A DNA stretch of 64,000 bases, taken from positions 1 through 64,000 of the IMG/VR virus record IMGVR_UViG_3300047275_000752; one strand, written 5' to 3'. Origin of the DNA: a virus. Lineage: Duplodnaviria; Caudoviricetes. The notes under the pieces were generated by a model that had not been told where the DNA came from, ran no database searches, and was given only the letters and a program-made list of their open reading frames with translations. The number at the start of each line of letters is the position of its first letter. Within the stretch, counting starts at the first letter, position 1. This document shows, in pieces, positions 41,019-51,170 of this stretch. Both the position numbers and the translations under genes were made by a program.

Positions 41019-42514
41019 CTGATCGAATCAGTAAGAGGTTGATCGAGCAAGCCGCCTCCGATCGCCAAATGGTTCGTGAGCTTAAAAGAATAAAAACACA
41101 GAAGAAAGAAGGCGGCCAACAGGTAATACTGCATAAATTTATCAAACAAGTAGCATCAAGCTACAAGTTCTATCGTGTACACGCAGAGCTTACTAAGCAA
41201 TTGCAACGAATAGTAGACGGTGACTGTAAGCGTCTAATTATTCAAATTCCACCTCGTACGGGCAAGAGCTACCTTTCTTCTAAGCTGTTCCCAGCGGCTT
41301 ACCTGATGGCACACCCAGACAGGTACGTTGGCATAGTTTCGTATAGTGCTGAACTTGCCGAAGGCTTCTCTAGATCGGCCAGGGATTATTATCGACAGGC
41401 TGGCGGCACTTTTGACCCGTATAAACAGGCTGTCAATGACTGGGGAACCCAGGGAGGCGGTGGCTTGTGGGCAGCCGGTGTTGGAGGTGCTATTACTGGC
41501 CGCTCAGGTCACCTGCTGATCATTGACGACCCCGTCAAAAACAGGGAGGACGCAGACAGTCCAAGGATCATGGAAAAGCTTTGGGACTGGTATACTTCAA
41601 CATTGTACACACGACTCGAACCACAAGTTGGTGCAATTGTCGTATGTCAAACACGTTGGAGTGAGAATGATTTGATTGGTAAGCTGCTTGAATCGGAGAT
41701 GAATGTCTCAGAAAAAGGCAGGGAGCATTGGACTATACTTGACCTGCCTGCAATATCAGAAGATCCAGGCTCCAGGCCTCCATTGCCATCTCATTGTGAA
41801 GTAATAGAAGATTGGAGACAGGAGCCTGGTCTTGCGTTATGCCCTCAGCGATATGATATAGATGAATACGAGCGGATCAGAGAAGCCATTGGCGCCAGGG
41901 ACTTCGCTGCACTCTTCCAGCAACGCCCTGCCCCTCAAGGTGGTAACATGTTTGATCCAAACTGGTGGGGCTACTATGACCACTCTAGTACATTGCCTGA
42001 ATTCCAGCGCATAATGTTAAGTGTTGACTGTACATTTACAAACGCAAACACTAGCGACTATGTCGTTGGCTCTGTGATTGCTCAAGCCGGTAATTCTTTC
42101 TATGTACTAGATCTTGCACGTGAAAAGACTGATATAATGGGCACTATGGCGATGATATCAAGAATGCATAACAGGCATTCTCTTAGCGGAACGATAATTG
42201 AATTAGCTGCATCTGGTTATGCTGCATATCAAATCCTATCAAAGAAAATTCCAGGGATGATAGGCTTCAAGCCCGAGAAATCAAAAGTGGCAAGAGCAAC
42301 AGGTATTGTGCCGGTAGTTGAGGCTGGAAATGTTTATCTGCCGGCGAGTGCACCCTGGCTGGATGCTTTCATAAATGAATTTAGCTTATTCCCGGCCGCA
42401 AAGAACGATGATATAGTTGATTCCATATCAATGGCAATCAATTATATGACGCAAAGGTCTGCTCCGGCGATGACGGAGGTAAGCTGGGGTCGCGGTATAC
42501 CGTTGCCTTATTAG
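41015..42514 (+). CDS. terminase large subunit
   Basis: Walker A IPPRTGKS, Walker B LLIIDDP, nuclease SVDCTF and KNDDIVDSISMA. Confidence 0.93.
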   Translation: MTDRISKRLIEQAASDRQMVRELKRIKTQKKEGGQQVILHKFIKQVASSYKFYRVHAELTKQLQRIVDGDCKRLIIQIPPRTGKSYLSSKLFPAAYLMAHPDRYVGIVSYSAELAEGFSRSARDYYRQAGGTFDPYKQAVNDWGTQGGGGLWAAGVGGAITGRSGHLLIIDDPVKNREDADSPRIMEKLWDWYTSTLYTRLEPQVGAIVVCQTRWSENDLIGKLLESEMNVSEKGREHWTILDLPAISEDPGSRPPLPSHCEVIEDWRQEPGLALCPQRYDIDEYERIREAIGARDFAALFQQRPAPQGGNMFDPNWWGYYDHSSTLPEFQRIMLSVDCTFTNANTSDYVVGSVIAQAGNSFYVLDLAREKTDIMGTMAMISRMHNRHSLSGTIIELAASGYAAYQILSKKIPGMIGFKPEKSKVARATGIVPVVEAGNVYLPASAPWLDAFINEFSLFPAAKNDDIVDSISMAINYMTQRSAPAMTEVSWGRGIPLPY

Positions 42515-42516
42515 TA

Positions 42517-43146
42517 ATGGCTCGAAAACCATTTGATTTCAAGCTCACGCCAGATCAGCAAAAAATGGCGATAGCCAATATTAACCTGGCAAGACGCGAA
42601 GCCTGGAGGATACAGCGGACTACTGGCATAGAATATTCTGTTCTGGAGGGTGCAGCCTTCCTTGGCCTATGCAAGGCTTGCAATAGATATGATCCTGATT
42701 CTGGTTACAAATTCTCCAGTCTTGCTACACCAACAATCAGGGGCGAGCTTTTGCATTGGGTAAGGGATAGGACTTATGCAATGAGATTGTCCCACAAAAT
42801 GAGGGAAAATTGGATAAAAGGACGCAGGATGATCTTTGATGGTAAAAGCGATATAGAAGTATCAGCATTTCTCGGGATAACATTGCAAGAATGGCAAGAA
42901 GTCCGCTCTGCGTGTTCTGGACCACCTCTCGAACTAAAGGATCAGGCAATGCCGTCAGACCCCTTGGAACCAGAGGAGTTTGATTTTAAAAATGATTACA
43001 GAGAAATAGCTGAATCGATAATCGAAGAAATGTCAGAAAAAGAATACGACGCGCTATTGGCTTATTACAAAGGAGACGCGTCAAAGGCCCCATTACGAAT
43101 CTTTAATTCATTGTGTAATTCTCTGAGGAAAAGAAAAGTTTTGTAA
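42517..43146 (+). CDS. RNA polymerase sigma factor, SigF/SigB-like (group 3)
   Basis: ANINLARREAWR..LEGAAFLGLCKACNRYDPDSGYKFSSLATPTIRGELLHWVRD. Confidence 0.85.
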   Translation: MARKPFDFKLTPDQQKMAIANINLARREAWRIQRTTGIEYSVLEGAAFLGLCKACNRYDPDSGYKFSSLATPTIRGELLHWVRDRTYAMRLSHKMRENWIKGRRMIFDGKSDIEVSAFLGITLQEWQEVRSACSGPPLELKDQAMPSDPLEPEEFDFKNDYREIAESIIEEMSEKEYDALLAYYKGDASKAPLRIFNSLCNSLRKRKVL

Positions 43147-43210
43147 ATTGGTTGCCACCCACCGATCCCATGCCTAAGATCAGTCAGTACCTTAGCAGTA
43201 GCCACGGCTT

Positions 43211-44800
43211 ATGGTTAAATCAACAATCAGTGATTATACCATAAAAGCTGTTAAAGATCTGTCTTTTATTTCAGTCCTGGAAAGGGAGTCGGTCGAATAT
43301 AAAAAGATAGGGAGAGAGGCTATTACATTATGCCCTTGGCACAACGATAGAAACCCATCTCTCACCATAAATGATGAGAAGGGGTTCTGTTATTGTTTTG
43401 TCTGTCAGACTGGTAGTGATGCGATTGGGTTCATTCAAGCGAAACTTGGGCTCAGTTTTAGCGAAGCCATACAGAAGATTGCTGTAAGCAACGAAATAGA
43501 GGTAATATACGAAAATATTGACCCTGAGCTTGCAGCAAAAGAAGCCAAGAGGAAGGCGGAAATCCTAGGGCAGCTACAGAAGCAACAGCAAAATTATCGT
43601 AATCTACTGCGAGATCCAAGGGCGCAGCGTATCAGGGATTTTATAGATGATCGAAAAATACTGCCAGAAACATGCAGGCATTTTGGCCTTGGATATTGCA
43701 GTAAGGGATTTTTTGCTGACAGGGTAACCATACCAATTCATGACCACATAGGTAATCTGGTCGGCTTTTCTGGTAGGGCTACAAGGGATTCCGTCCAACC
43801 TAAGTACAAAAATACTGAAAGCAATGAATATTTTGATAAGTCAAGGCTGGTGTTCAATGAACATCGGGCGGCAAAATCAATCAAGGAATCCGATTCCGTC
43901 ATTTTTGTTGAAGGGCATTTTGACGTAATAAGTATGCATCAGTACGGAATAACGAATGTGGTAGCAATGCAGGGAACGAGTGCGCCTAGTGAGGCCGTGA
44001 TTTACCGATTATCCAGAAAGACAAAACGTTTCATATTGTGCTATGACGCAGATGCTGGTGGAACAAAAGCTATTGAGCAGTTTATTAAGACAGCAGGCCC
44101 CATGGCATGCCGTGGCGAGATAACAATTTCAATAGCACATCTGCCAGAAGGGACCGACCCTGATCAATGCATCAGGGAAAATCTGGTAGATTTGTTTTCT
44201 ATAATAGAAAATTCCAGTCCATGGCTTGATTGGCAGCTAGACGTATGGCTAGCTTCTATTGATCGAACTGATACAGCAAGATTTTCTGTGATTGAATCCA
44301 AAATTAGGGAGCTGGTAGATTCTATACAAAGCCCGGTCTTAAGACAGTATTATATCGACAAGGCGTCAAAAGCGCTTTCGTTGGATCAGGCAAGTGCAAT
44401 CCAAATTGCGAAAAGCTGGTCTCAGTCCCTTTCTGGTATTAAGGCAAGCAAGACCTGGCAACCGCCAACACCTGCTTATACAAGGTATACAGCCGAAAGG
44501 AGACTAATTAGGATGTATATTCACTACGAGGAAGTCAGGCAGGAATGTAGACCATTGATGGATAGGATTCAATCACCGGTGTATCGGTGGGCATGGGCAC
44601 GAGTGCGTGAAATAGAGCAATATGGAAAAGCTGTATCTGTTAAAGATGTATTCATGTCAGTCCTGGTTATCTCAGAGCCTCACTACATGAGACAGCTTAG
44701 ACCGATTGTAAGACCAACAATTAACGTGACCAAGGATACTGGTATACTGGAGCATATAAAATATGTGCTTAGCCAAGAACTTACTACGTCGGAGATCTAA
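43211..44800 (+). CDS. dnaG: DNA primase (CHC2 zinc finger plus TOPRIM)
   Basis: CPWHNDRNPS..CFVC, GFSGR, PKYKN, VEGHFDVI, YDADAGG, GTDPD. Confidence 0.93.
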   Translation: MVKSTISDYTIKAVKDLSFISVLERESVEYKKIGREAITLCPWHNDRNPSLTINDEKGFCYCFVCQTGSDAIGFIQAKLGLSFSEAIQKIAVSNEIEVIYENIDPELAAKEAKRKAEILGQLQKQQQNYRNLLRDPRAQRIRDFIDDRKILPETCRHFGLGYCSKGFFADRVTIPIHDHIGNLVGFSGRATRDSVQPKYKNTESNEYFDKSRLVFNEHRAAKSIKESDSVIFVEGHFDVISMHQYGITNVVAMQGTSAPSEAVIYRLSRKTKRFILCYDADAGGTKAIEQFIKTAGPMACRGEITISIAHLPEGTDPDQCIRENLVDLFSIIENSSPWLDWQLDVWLASIDRTDTARFSVIESKIRELVDSIQSPVLRQYYIDKASKALSLDQASAIQIAKSWSQSLSGIKASKTWQPPTPAYTRYTAERRLIRMYIHYEEVRQECRPLMDRIQSPVYRWAWARVREIEQYGKAVSVKDVFMSVLVISEPHYMRQLRPIVRPTINVTKDTGILEHIKYVLSQELTTSEI

Positions 44801-44801
44801 G

Positions 44802-45026
44802 ATGTCAGAATCTAAATACATTGTTTACACCAAGGACGGGTGTCCTTTTTGTAATCAGGCGAAAGGTTTACTTGAATATTACAAAGTCCCGTATGAATTG
44901 GTTTACGATAAGTCGCCTGACTGGGAAACCTATCCCTGTATTTATAAAGTAAATACGCAAGGAGACAAGGAGCTAATAGGCGGATTTTCTGAATTGGCTA
45001 GCTACTCCTATTTGCATGGACTATGA
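44802..45026 (+). CDS. glutaredoxin
   Basis: YTKDGCPFCNQAK..IGGFSEL. Confidence 0.85.
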   Translation: MSESKYIVYTKDGCPFCNQAKGLLEYYKVPYELVYDKSPDWETYPCIYKVNTQGDKELIGGFSELASYSYLHGL

Positions 45027-45273
45027 GATCATGTCACCAGCAATCCAGGCTTACCTCATCGTAATTGCCGCCTTTGTCGTCTTGTTCCCTGTTGACGCCA
45101 GTAATGGCGTCACTCTGGTGTGGTTATGGCTGCTGACCAGGGTTCTTAATTACTATTTAATGTTTAGGGCGTACATGATGTACCTCCGGCTTAGGTCTGA
45201 CTTTGCTAAACTAGGTATGCCGATGCCGGCATTCAAGTTCGTTCCCATCTGGGAGAGAAATGGCAGCAACTAA
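45016..45273 (+). CDS. small membrane protein
   Basis: hydrophobic N-terminal half; ends FVPIWER. Confidence 0.55.
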   Translation: MDYEIMSPAIQAYLIVIAAFVVLFPVDASNGVTLVWLWLLTRVLNYYLMFRAYMMYLRLRSDFAKLGMPMPAFKFVPIWERNGSN

Positions 45274-45406
45274 AAAGCTTAACAAAAAGACACTCTCAGG
45301 CAGCCTGGGACCGATTGAGCACGTCGGCAAAAAGACAACTCAAGGCAATGGATCCCGCTCGAAGCCGAAGAAAAACAGGAAAAAGTATAAGGGGCAAGGT
45401 AAGTAG
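45260..45406 (+). CDS. small Lys-rich basic protein (48 aa, not in the ORF track)
   Basis: MAATKKLNKK...KTTQGNGSRSKPKKNRKKYKGQGK. Confidence 0.65.
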   Translation: MAATKKLNKKTLSGSLGPIEHVGKKTTQGNGSRSKPKKNRKKYKGQGK

Positions 45407-45408
45407 AT

Positions 45409-45747
45409 GTGAAACGTTTTGTTCCTTTGCAATCGCCAAGGAATGCTTACCTGGTTAAATCCCTAGTAGCAGAAGGTCGATGCGTTAGTGCAGTAAAATA
45501 CTTGTATGCACTACGCAGATTCAGCATGGTCGACTGGTTAGTCGCCATTAGCCAACTACTGAGGATGGCTGAAAAGCCAAATGAGCTGAATACTTATGCG
45601 ACCCTAATAGAGGTATCAAAGGGTTCTCTTCTTGACCAGAAGGCTCATCTAGTGCCAGGGTTGGCAGCCGATCTGCATGGAAGGAAATTTGACTATGAGC
45701 ACTGCTTGCTTTTGATTAAACAGATCAGATCTGATCGCGGCTTTTAG
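45409..45747 (+). CDS. hypothetical protein
   Basis: 112 aa, fills the gap before nrdJ. Confidence 0.5.
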   Translation: MKRFVPLQSPRNAYLVKSLVAEGRCVSAVKYLYALRRFSMVDWLVAISQLLRMAEKPNELNTYATLIEVSKGSLLDQKAHLVPGLAADLHGRKFDYEHCLLLIKQIRSDRGF

Positions 45748-45748
45748 C

Positions 45749-45757
45749 GGTAATCTA
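45749..45757 (+). promoter_or_regulatory. GGNANNCTA motif (GGTAATCTA)
   Basis: 20 nt before the nrdJ ATG. Confidence 0.55.
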
Positions 45758-45777
45758 TCCTTGCATCCAAAATCACA

Positions 45778-48700
45778 ATGACCGAATTCAATCAGTTCGC
45801 CCCATCTGCCCATGCTGTCTTTTATCGCTCGTATTCGCGACGCAAAGAAGATGGTTCCAGGGAAAACTTTGCGGAATCAATAACCCGGACGATTAATGCT
45901 ATTGCGAAAGTTGGTAAATTTACCTCTTCGCAAACTGCTTTAGCACTTGAAATGGCGTTAAAGCAACACTGCTTTCCTAGTGGACGAGCACTTTGGGTGG
46001 CTGGTACTGAATGGTCAGAAAAACCTGATAATTTTCCTGGTTATTATAACTGCTGTTCCATGCATGTTGATGAGCCCTCAATGTTTGGGTTGCTCATGGA
46101 GCTAGCGATGATGGGCACAGGTACTGGCGCAGTCCTTGAATCGGATGTCGTAGCAAAGCTGCCAGCAATTACCAGGGCTATCAACATCATTGATATAATT
46201 GATAACCAAGGCGTCGAAGGTGGTAAAGCTGATACTGTAATCACCTATGAAGAAGAAGATCAAATTATTTACCTGACAGTTGGCGATTCTCGCCAAGGCT
46301 GGGCTTCTGCTTATCAGGGCTTGATTGAACTGGCAATGGGCAATCTGGCTGATGGCGAATCTGCTGCAGATGATATAAACATTATCCTCGATTTATCTGA
46401 AATCCGTCAAGCCGGACAATTACTGAAAGGATTTGGTGGTACTGCAAATCCAGTCAGACTGCAAGAAACCTTCGAGAGGGCGGCCAGGATCCTGCTTAAA
46501 GCAAAAGGTCGTAAGCTAACAGCAATTGAATGCTGTCTATTGATCGACGAGGCGGCCAGCGCCGTTGTCGCCGGCAACATTCGTCGTTGTTTACCAGGCA
46601 ATGCCCTCGTTCACACTGAACTAGGTCTTGTGCCAATTCGTGATATCAAGATTGGCACAATGGTGCAAACCTCGAAGGGATTGCGCCCTGTTGTCGACTT
46701 TTTTGATCAAGGCAAGCAGGTTATTTACGAAATCAAAACACAAGACGGAAGCCTGTTTTGCTCGAAAGAGCATAAAGTAGCTGTACTGCGCGATATTTAT
46801 GGTGCGTATGAAATGGTCAAGGCAATTGACCTTAAGGCCGGTGATCGAATGGTTGGTAACCATTTGATTGTCGCTGGTCACAGTACCAGCTTACCGGTTG
46901 CTGCTAATACGAAAGCAAATTCACGCAAGCCTCGCAAGCCAATAACTATTCCAAAACTAGATAAAGAAGTTGCCTATTTCCTTGGTTATTTACACGGTAA
47001 TGGCAATGTTAAATCAGACGGTAGCGGTATTCGTATAACTGGACCCAGTGGTTTTGAGGCTATTGCCACCAGATGTTCTAGTGTGCTTCAGCGATTTGGG
47101 TTTGATTCACGTCTTGTCAGCAAAAGCGATGCCTCGGCGTGGGAATTGACAGCGAATGGATCTGAATTAAATGCTTACTTCCGTAATTTTAAGCAAGTAT
47201 TTTCGCAACCAATTATCCCTGATTGCATTCTCCAAGGGACAGAAGAAATCCGCTGGCATTACCTGGGAGGCCTGATGGATTCCGATGGTTCACCTGGTAC
47301 TCATGTCCTGTTGAATTCTGTGTATCCGGAATTCAGTCATCAAATTCAAGCTATTTATAGCTCTCTTGGAGTTCCGACTCGCATCGAAAAGCGTCTCCGT
47401 AAAAATAATCATGAATGCGAGCTGAATGCAGTCGGTCTGCATAAGCAGAAGATCTATCAAGTATTTTCAAGCATTTGCACTCGTTATCCCTGTCTTGCAA
47501 CTAAACCATCTGACACCAGCAGGAATCAGCATGGGTTCGATAAAGAAATGGTGAAAGCCAGCATCAAAGGCATCAACTGGAGCCAATGCCAGGCCCAGAA
47601 GAGTTGTGTGTCGCTTGCTGCAATCGAACCAGCAATGACTGATCTTATTCCAATTACAGTAATTGATGTACAACCTACATCGCGTATCGAAGATACATTC
47701 GATATTGAGGTCAAAGATATCCACGAATTTTATTGCAATGGCTATCTTGTTTCGAATTCAGCGGGCATGCGTCAATTTACGTCAAGCGACGAAGAGGCAG
47801 CTTCTGCCAAGGATGGTCTGTATAAGCAAGACGAGAGCGGAAACTGGAGCGTTGATCCTGAGAAAGAAGCACTCAGGATGGCTAATCATACTAGATGCTT
47901 CCACACTAAGCCGGATCACGAAACAATTAAAGCTTCTATTGAGAAGCAGTTTTGGTCTGGTGAGGGCGCAATTATGTATGTGCCCGAATCTATTGCCAGG
48001 GCCAATGCCGACCTGCTAAATACCAAGCAGTTAAAGCAGCGGTTCCTGGGGCTGTATACACGCAGTCAAGATGACGCTCGTCAGATGTTGGTGGAGCTAG
48101 CAGAAAAGGCTGGTGAGCCGACTGATGATCGCATCATTCAGCATCGGATGGATCGGTATGGGCTTAACCCCTGCTTTGCGCCAGGCACTATTGTGATGAC
48201 CAGTGAAGGCTACTTCCCAATTGAATCACTGGTTGGCAAAACTGTTGAGATTCATGATGGGAATGAGTGGCGTACTATTGACAACTTCCGAGTTACAGCG
48301 CATGACCAAGATGTATACGATGTAACCTTGCATGACGGAACTGTCATTACAGCGACTGAATACCATAAATTTATCCTGAAGGATGGCACCAGGGTAGAAC
48401 TGAAGGATCTAAAGCAGGGCGACGAGTTAATGGCAGCCACTATCGAGCCCGTGACGGGAACTATTCAGGCACATGCCGCCTACCTTAAAGGATTTCTAAT
48501 TGGCGACGGAACGTCTGACAAGGGTCAGCGAGCAGCCTGTAAGTTGTATTCTCCCAAGAAAGTATGCGTCGACCGTCTGAGGGCTTCTAGGAACGAGCTG
48601 GGGTATTTTGAAGGTGAAACACTAACTCCGGCCGGGTATTTGCGTGGTTTAAATACCGCCAATGAAGACATGACTCCGTGGTCATCTACATACAAGCATG

Positions 48701-50280
48701 TATTTCCTCACGAAGTACTGAATTGGACGACTGAGGCCAAAGGCGAGTTTATTGCCGGATTGTTTGACGCAGACGGCACTCTTCGTGACACTAAAGAGAA
48801 CGGCTTTTCTTATCAGATCACTAGCGTTAGTCTTGAATTTCTGCGCGGTCTAGTGACCTTGTTGCGAACGGTTGGAATCGGGGCAAAAATTGGCCCTCCG
48901 CGACAAGGTGGCCTTAAAAACTTTGGCGCCGATCGGGGTGGCGTTTGCGTGGTCCAGCCTACTTATCGTCTCGCTATTTCACAGTTCAATTCAATTAAAC
49001 TAGCTAAAATCGCAAAATTTGAAAGATTAAAAAGTGTTGCTGACAAAGAAATTGTTTATATCAAAAAACTCGGTTATAACAAAGTAAAAGAAATTACTTA
49101 TTCTCATTGCGCACCCGAGGTTTATTGTTGCACTGTTCCCGTAACGAACTCTTTTACACTTGGTTCGTCGATAGTTGTTGCGAATTGCGGAGAGATAATC
49201 ATGCGAGACAATCTTTGCAATCTTTCGGAGGTTCACCTGAATACACTGGATCCAGTCAACAAGGAACTGCAACACCAGGTATTCTATGCCGGCGGCCTGC
49301 AAGTCGCTGCACTGCTGCAACATAAATTTGTCCCCGAACGCCTTGCTTATAGCCGTGAGAACGATCCAATTGTTGGCGTCAGTTTTACTGGCCTGTTTGA
49401 CTTTTTTGTTCATGCTTTTGGTGCCTCTTGGCTGAAATGGATGATGAAAGGCAGGCCCAGTGGTTCTGCATACAAAAAGTACACTGCCAAGGAAAAAGCC
49501 TTCTTGGAATCATGGAGGATCAGCGCGGAGCAAGGTGTTAAGGATTACTGTGCTCAACACGAGATTCGTCTCCCTAATCGATTCACCACTGTGCAGCCAG
49601 CAGGCTCCAAGAGCTTGCTGACAGGCGCATCATCTGGCTGGCATCCTCCAAAGGCTCAGCGATTCATTCGTCGAATCACGTTTGGGGTCAACGATCCACT
49701 GGTTAGCGCTCTCAGGGATTATGGTTACAGTGTTATCCCAGCACAAAGCGCGAGGGACGAGGAGGGCAACCTGCTTGATGATATTACAGATCCTAGGGTT
49801 CGCGAAGTCTTGGTGGAAATTCCAACTGAAGTATCTTGGGCGAATCTCCCTGGATGTGATGAGTTTGACTTGAGCAAGCTACCTGTCACTGCTCAGTGGG
49901 GACTGTATATGCAAGTCCAAAAATATTATACAACGCATAACACATCGGCCACTCTGGAATTTCGTGAAAATGAAATAGATGAATTGACTAGTCTAATTTA
50001 TCAAGACATCCAGTCCGATGGTGGCTATATATCGGCAGCACTACTTGCTCGATTCGATGCCAATGAAACTTTCCCGAGGTTGCCGTTTGAGCCAATTGAC
50101 AAACAAACTTTCGATCGTAGAATGGCTGTAGTTAAATTAGTCCGGGATAGCCTGCCGGAGGGCACCACAATGCTTGATTTGCTTTCAAGATATGACAATC
50201 CTGGCTACGAGTTAAAAGGGGCTGCTGGCTGTGACTCAGACAAATGCCTTGCCGAGGAAAAAGTGCCATTCAGTAAATAG
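45778..50280 (+). CDS. nrdJ: class II (B12-dependent) ribonucleotide reductase containing two inteins
   Basis: FPSGRALWVAG, AGNIRR|SAG, NP|CGEI, TTVQPAGSKSLL, HNTSAT; about 772 aa after splicing. Confidence 0.93.
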   Translation: MTEFNQFAPSAHAVFYRSYSRRKEDGSRENFAESITRTINAIAKVGKFTSSQTALALEMALKQHCFPSGRALWVAGTEWSEKPDNFPGYYNCCSMHVDEPSMFGLLMELAMMGTGTGAVLESDVVAKLPAITRAINIIDIIDNQGVEGGKADTVITYEEEDQIIYLTVGDSRQGWASAYQGLIELAMGNLADGESAADDINIILDLSEIRQAGQLLKGFGGTANPVRLQETFERAARILLKAKGRKLTAIECCLLIDEAASAVVAGNIRRCLPGNALVHTELGLVPIRDIKIGTMVQTSKGLRPVVDFFDQGKQVIYEIKTQDGSLFCSKEHKVAVLRDIYGAYEMVKAIDLKAGDRMVGNHLIVAGHSTSLPVAANTKANSRKPRKPITIPKLDKEVAYFLGYLHGNGNVKSDGSGIRITGPSGFEAIATRCSSVLQRFGFDSRLVSKSDASAWELTANGSELNAYFRNFKQVFSQPIIPDCILQGTEEIRWHYLGGLMDSDGSPGTHVLLNSVYPEFSHQIQAIYSSLGVPTRIEKRLRKNNHECELNAVGLHKQKIYQVFSSICTRYPCLATKPSDTSRNQHGFDKEMVKASIKGINWSQCQAQKSCVSLAAIEPAMTDLIPITVIDVQPTSRIEDTFDIEVKDIHEFYCNGYLVSNSAGMRQFTSSDEEAASAKDGLYKQDESGNWSVDPEKEALRMANHTRCFHTKPDHETIKASIEKQFWSGEGAIMYVPESIARANADLLNTKQLKQRFLGLYTRSQDDARQMLVELAEKAGEPTDDRIIQHRMDRYGLNPCFAPGTIVMTSEGYFPIESLVGKTVEIHDGNEWRTIDNFRVTAHDQDVYDVTLHDGTVITATEYHKFILKDGTRVELKDLKQGDELMAATIEPVTGTIQAHAAYLKGFLIGDGTSDKGQRAACKLYSPKKVCVDRLRASRNELGYFEGETLTPAGYLRGLNTANEDMTPWSSTYKHVFPHEVLNWTTEAKGEFIAGLFDADGTLRDTKENGFSYQITSVSLEFLRGLVTLLRTVGIGAKIGPPRQGGLKNFGADRGGVCVVQPTYRLAISQFNSIKLAKIAKFERLKSVADKEIVYIKKLGYNKVKEITYSHCAPEVYCCTVPVTNSFTLGSSIVVANCGEIIMRDNLCNLSEVHLNTLDPVNKELQHQVFYAGGLQVAALLQHKFVPERLAYSRENDPIVGVSFTGLFDFFVHAFGASWLKWMMKGRPSGSAYKKYTAKEKAFLESWRISAEQGVKDYCAQHEIRLPNRFTTVQPAGSKSLLTGASSGWHPPKAQRFIRRITFGVNDPLVSALRDYGYSVIPAQSARDEEGNLLDDITDPRVREVLVEIPTEVSWANLPGCDEFDLSKLPVTAQWGLYMQVQKYYTTHNTSATLEFRENEIDELTSLIYQDIQSDGGYISAALLARFDANETFPRLPFEPIDKQTFDRRMAVVKLVRDSLPEGTTMLDLLSRYDNPGYELKGAAGCDSDKCLAEEKVPFSK
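46588..47757 (+). mobile_element. intein 1 with LAGLIDADG homing endonuclease (390 aa)
   Basis: N-term CLPGNALVHT; YFLGYLHGNG and YLGGLMDSDG; C-term FYCNGYLVSN followed by Ser. Confidence 0.92.
48172..49185 (+). mobile_element. intein 2 with LAGLIDADG homing endonuclease (338 aa)
   Basis: N-term CFAPGTIVMT; YLKGFLIGDG and FIAGLFDADG; C-term SIVVAN followed by the catalytic Cys of NPCGE. Confidence 0.92.
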
Positions 50281-50317
50281 CCGGCTATAATGGGGGTGCC
50301 ATGACACGGTAGTTGGC

Positions 50318-50599
50318 TTGCCGGCAGACAAGGGTCTCTTTACCCACCCAGCGTGGGCCATCCCCGAGAAAGACCATTCACACTATGGTCCAGATGTCCA
50401 GATTGCCCTGACCGCCTTCAGGGGAGCCTGGGCATCTTATATTTCCATGACGAAATATGATTTTGGTGATGATTCTCAAAATATGAGGACCACTGCCATG
50501 CAAGAGTTATGGAACAGCATAGCTAGAGCAAGAAAAGCAGAGACGGGAACTGGATTCTATTTAAATCAAAAGGAGTACAAAAATGTCAACGATCGTTGA
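50318..50599 (+). CDS. hypothetical protein
   Basis: TTG start; TATAAT at 50286; overlaps dcd. Confidence 0.45.
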   Translation: MPADKGLFTHPAWAIPEKDHSHYGPDVQIALTAFRGAWASYISMTKYDFGDDSQNMRTTAMQELWNSIARARKAETGTGFYLNQKEYKNVNDR

Positions 50600-51095
50600 T
50601 TTCCAAATAGAAGCCCTAGCGCTGTCAGGTCTACTGGTACACCCTTTCCGGGCTGATCAAGTGAATCCGGCTTCGTACGATGTCCGGCTCGCCGATAAAA
50701 TATTAGTAGAAACACCAGAATACGGGTGGGTAGAGCGGGGGCTTCCGTACTTATTAGAACCTGGGGAATTTGTGCTTGGTAGTACTCAGGAATGGTTGAA
50801 TGTTCCTGAGGACATGGAGGCATTATTTCAGTTAAAGTCATCACGCGGGAGGGAGGGCTACGAACACCTGCTTAGCGGATACATTGATCCAGGTTTTTCT
50901 GGCCGGGTCACTTTGGAGTTAGTGAATGTAAATAGATACAATGAACTACCTCTATTCACTGGAATGCTAATCGGCCAGATTAGATTTATCAAGACAGATG
51001 CACCATGTAGGGCCTCGTATGAGCTAAAAGGTCACTACCAAGGAGATGACACTGTGCAACCATCAAAAGTAAGCGCAGACGGCTTGCTTCGTTAG
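50583..51095 (+). CDS. dcd: dCTP deaminase
   Basis: VNPASYDVRL, LEPGEFVLGST.E, KSSRGREG..YIDPGFSGRVTLEL, YQGD. Confidence 0.92.
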   Translation: MSTIVDFQIEALALSGLLVHPFRADQVNPASYDVRLADKILVETPEYGWVERGLPYLLEPGEFVLGSTQEWLNVPEDMEALFQLKSSRGREGYEHLLSGYIDPGFSGRVTLELVNVNRYNELPLFTGMLIGQIRFIKTDAPCRASYELKGHYQGDDTVQPSKVSADGLLR

Positions 51096-51101
51096 GCAGA
51101 A

Positions 51102-51170
51102 GGGCATCGTTCTGGGAATCCTAAGAGAGCCATTGGCGTGACGCCGGCAAGTTCTTAGGCGCGATGCCCC
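51102..51170 (+). promoter_or_regulatory. late promoter (GGAATCCTA, 51115-51123) and structured portal leader
   Basis: hairpins GGCG-TGA-CGCC (51135-51145) and GGCG-CGA-TGCC (51158-51168); GGGCATCG (51102-51109) is complementary to 51162-51169. Confidence 0.6.
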
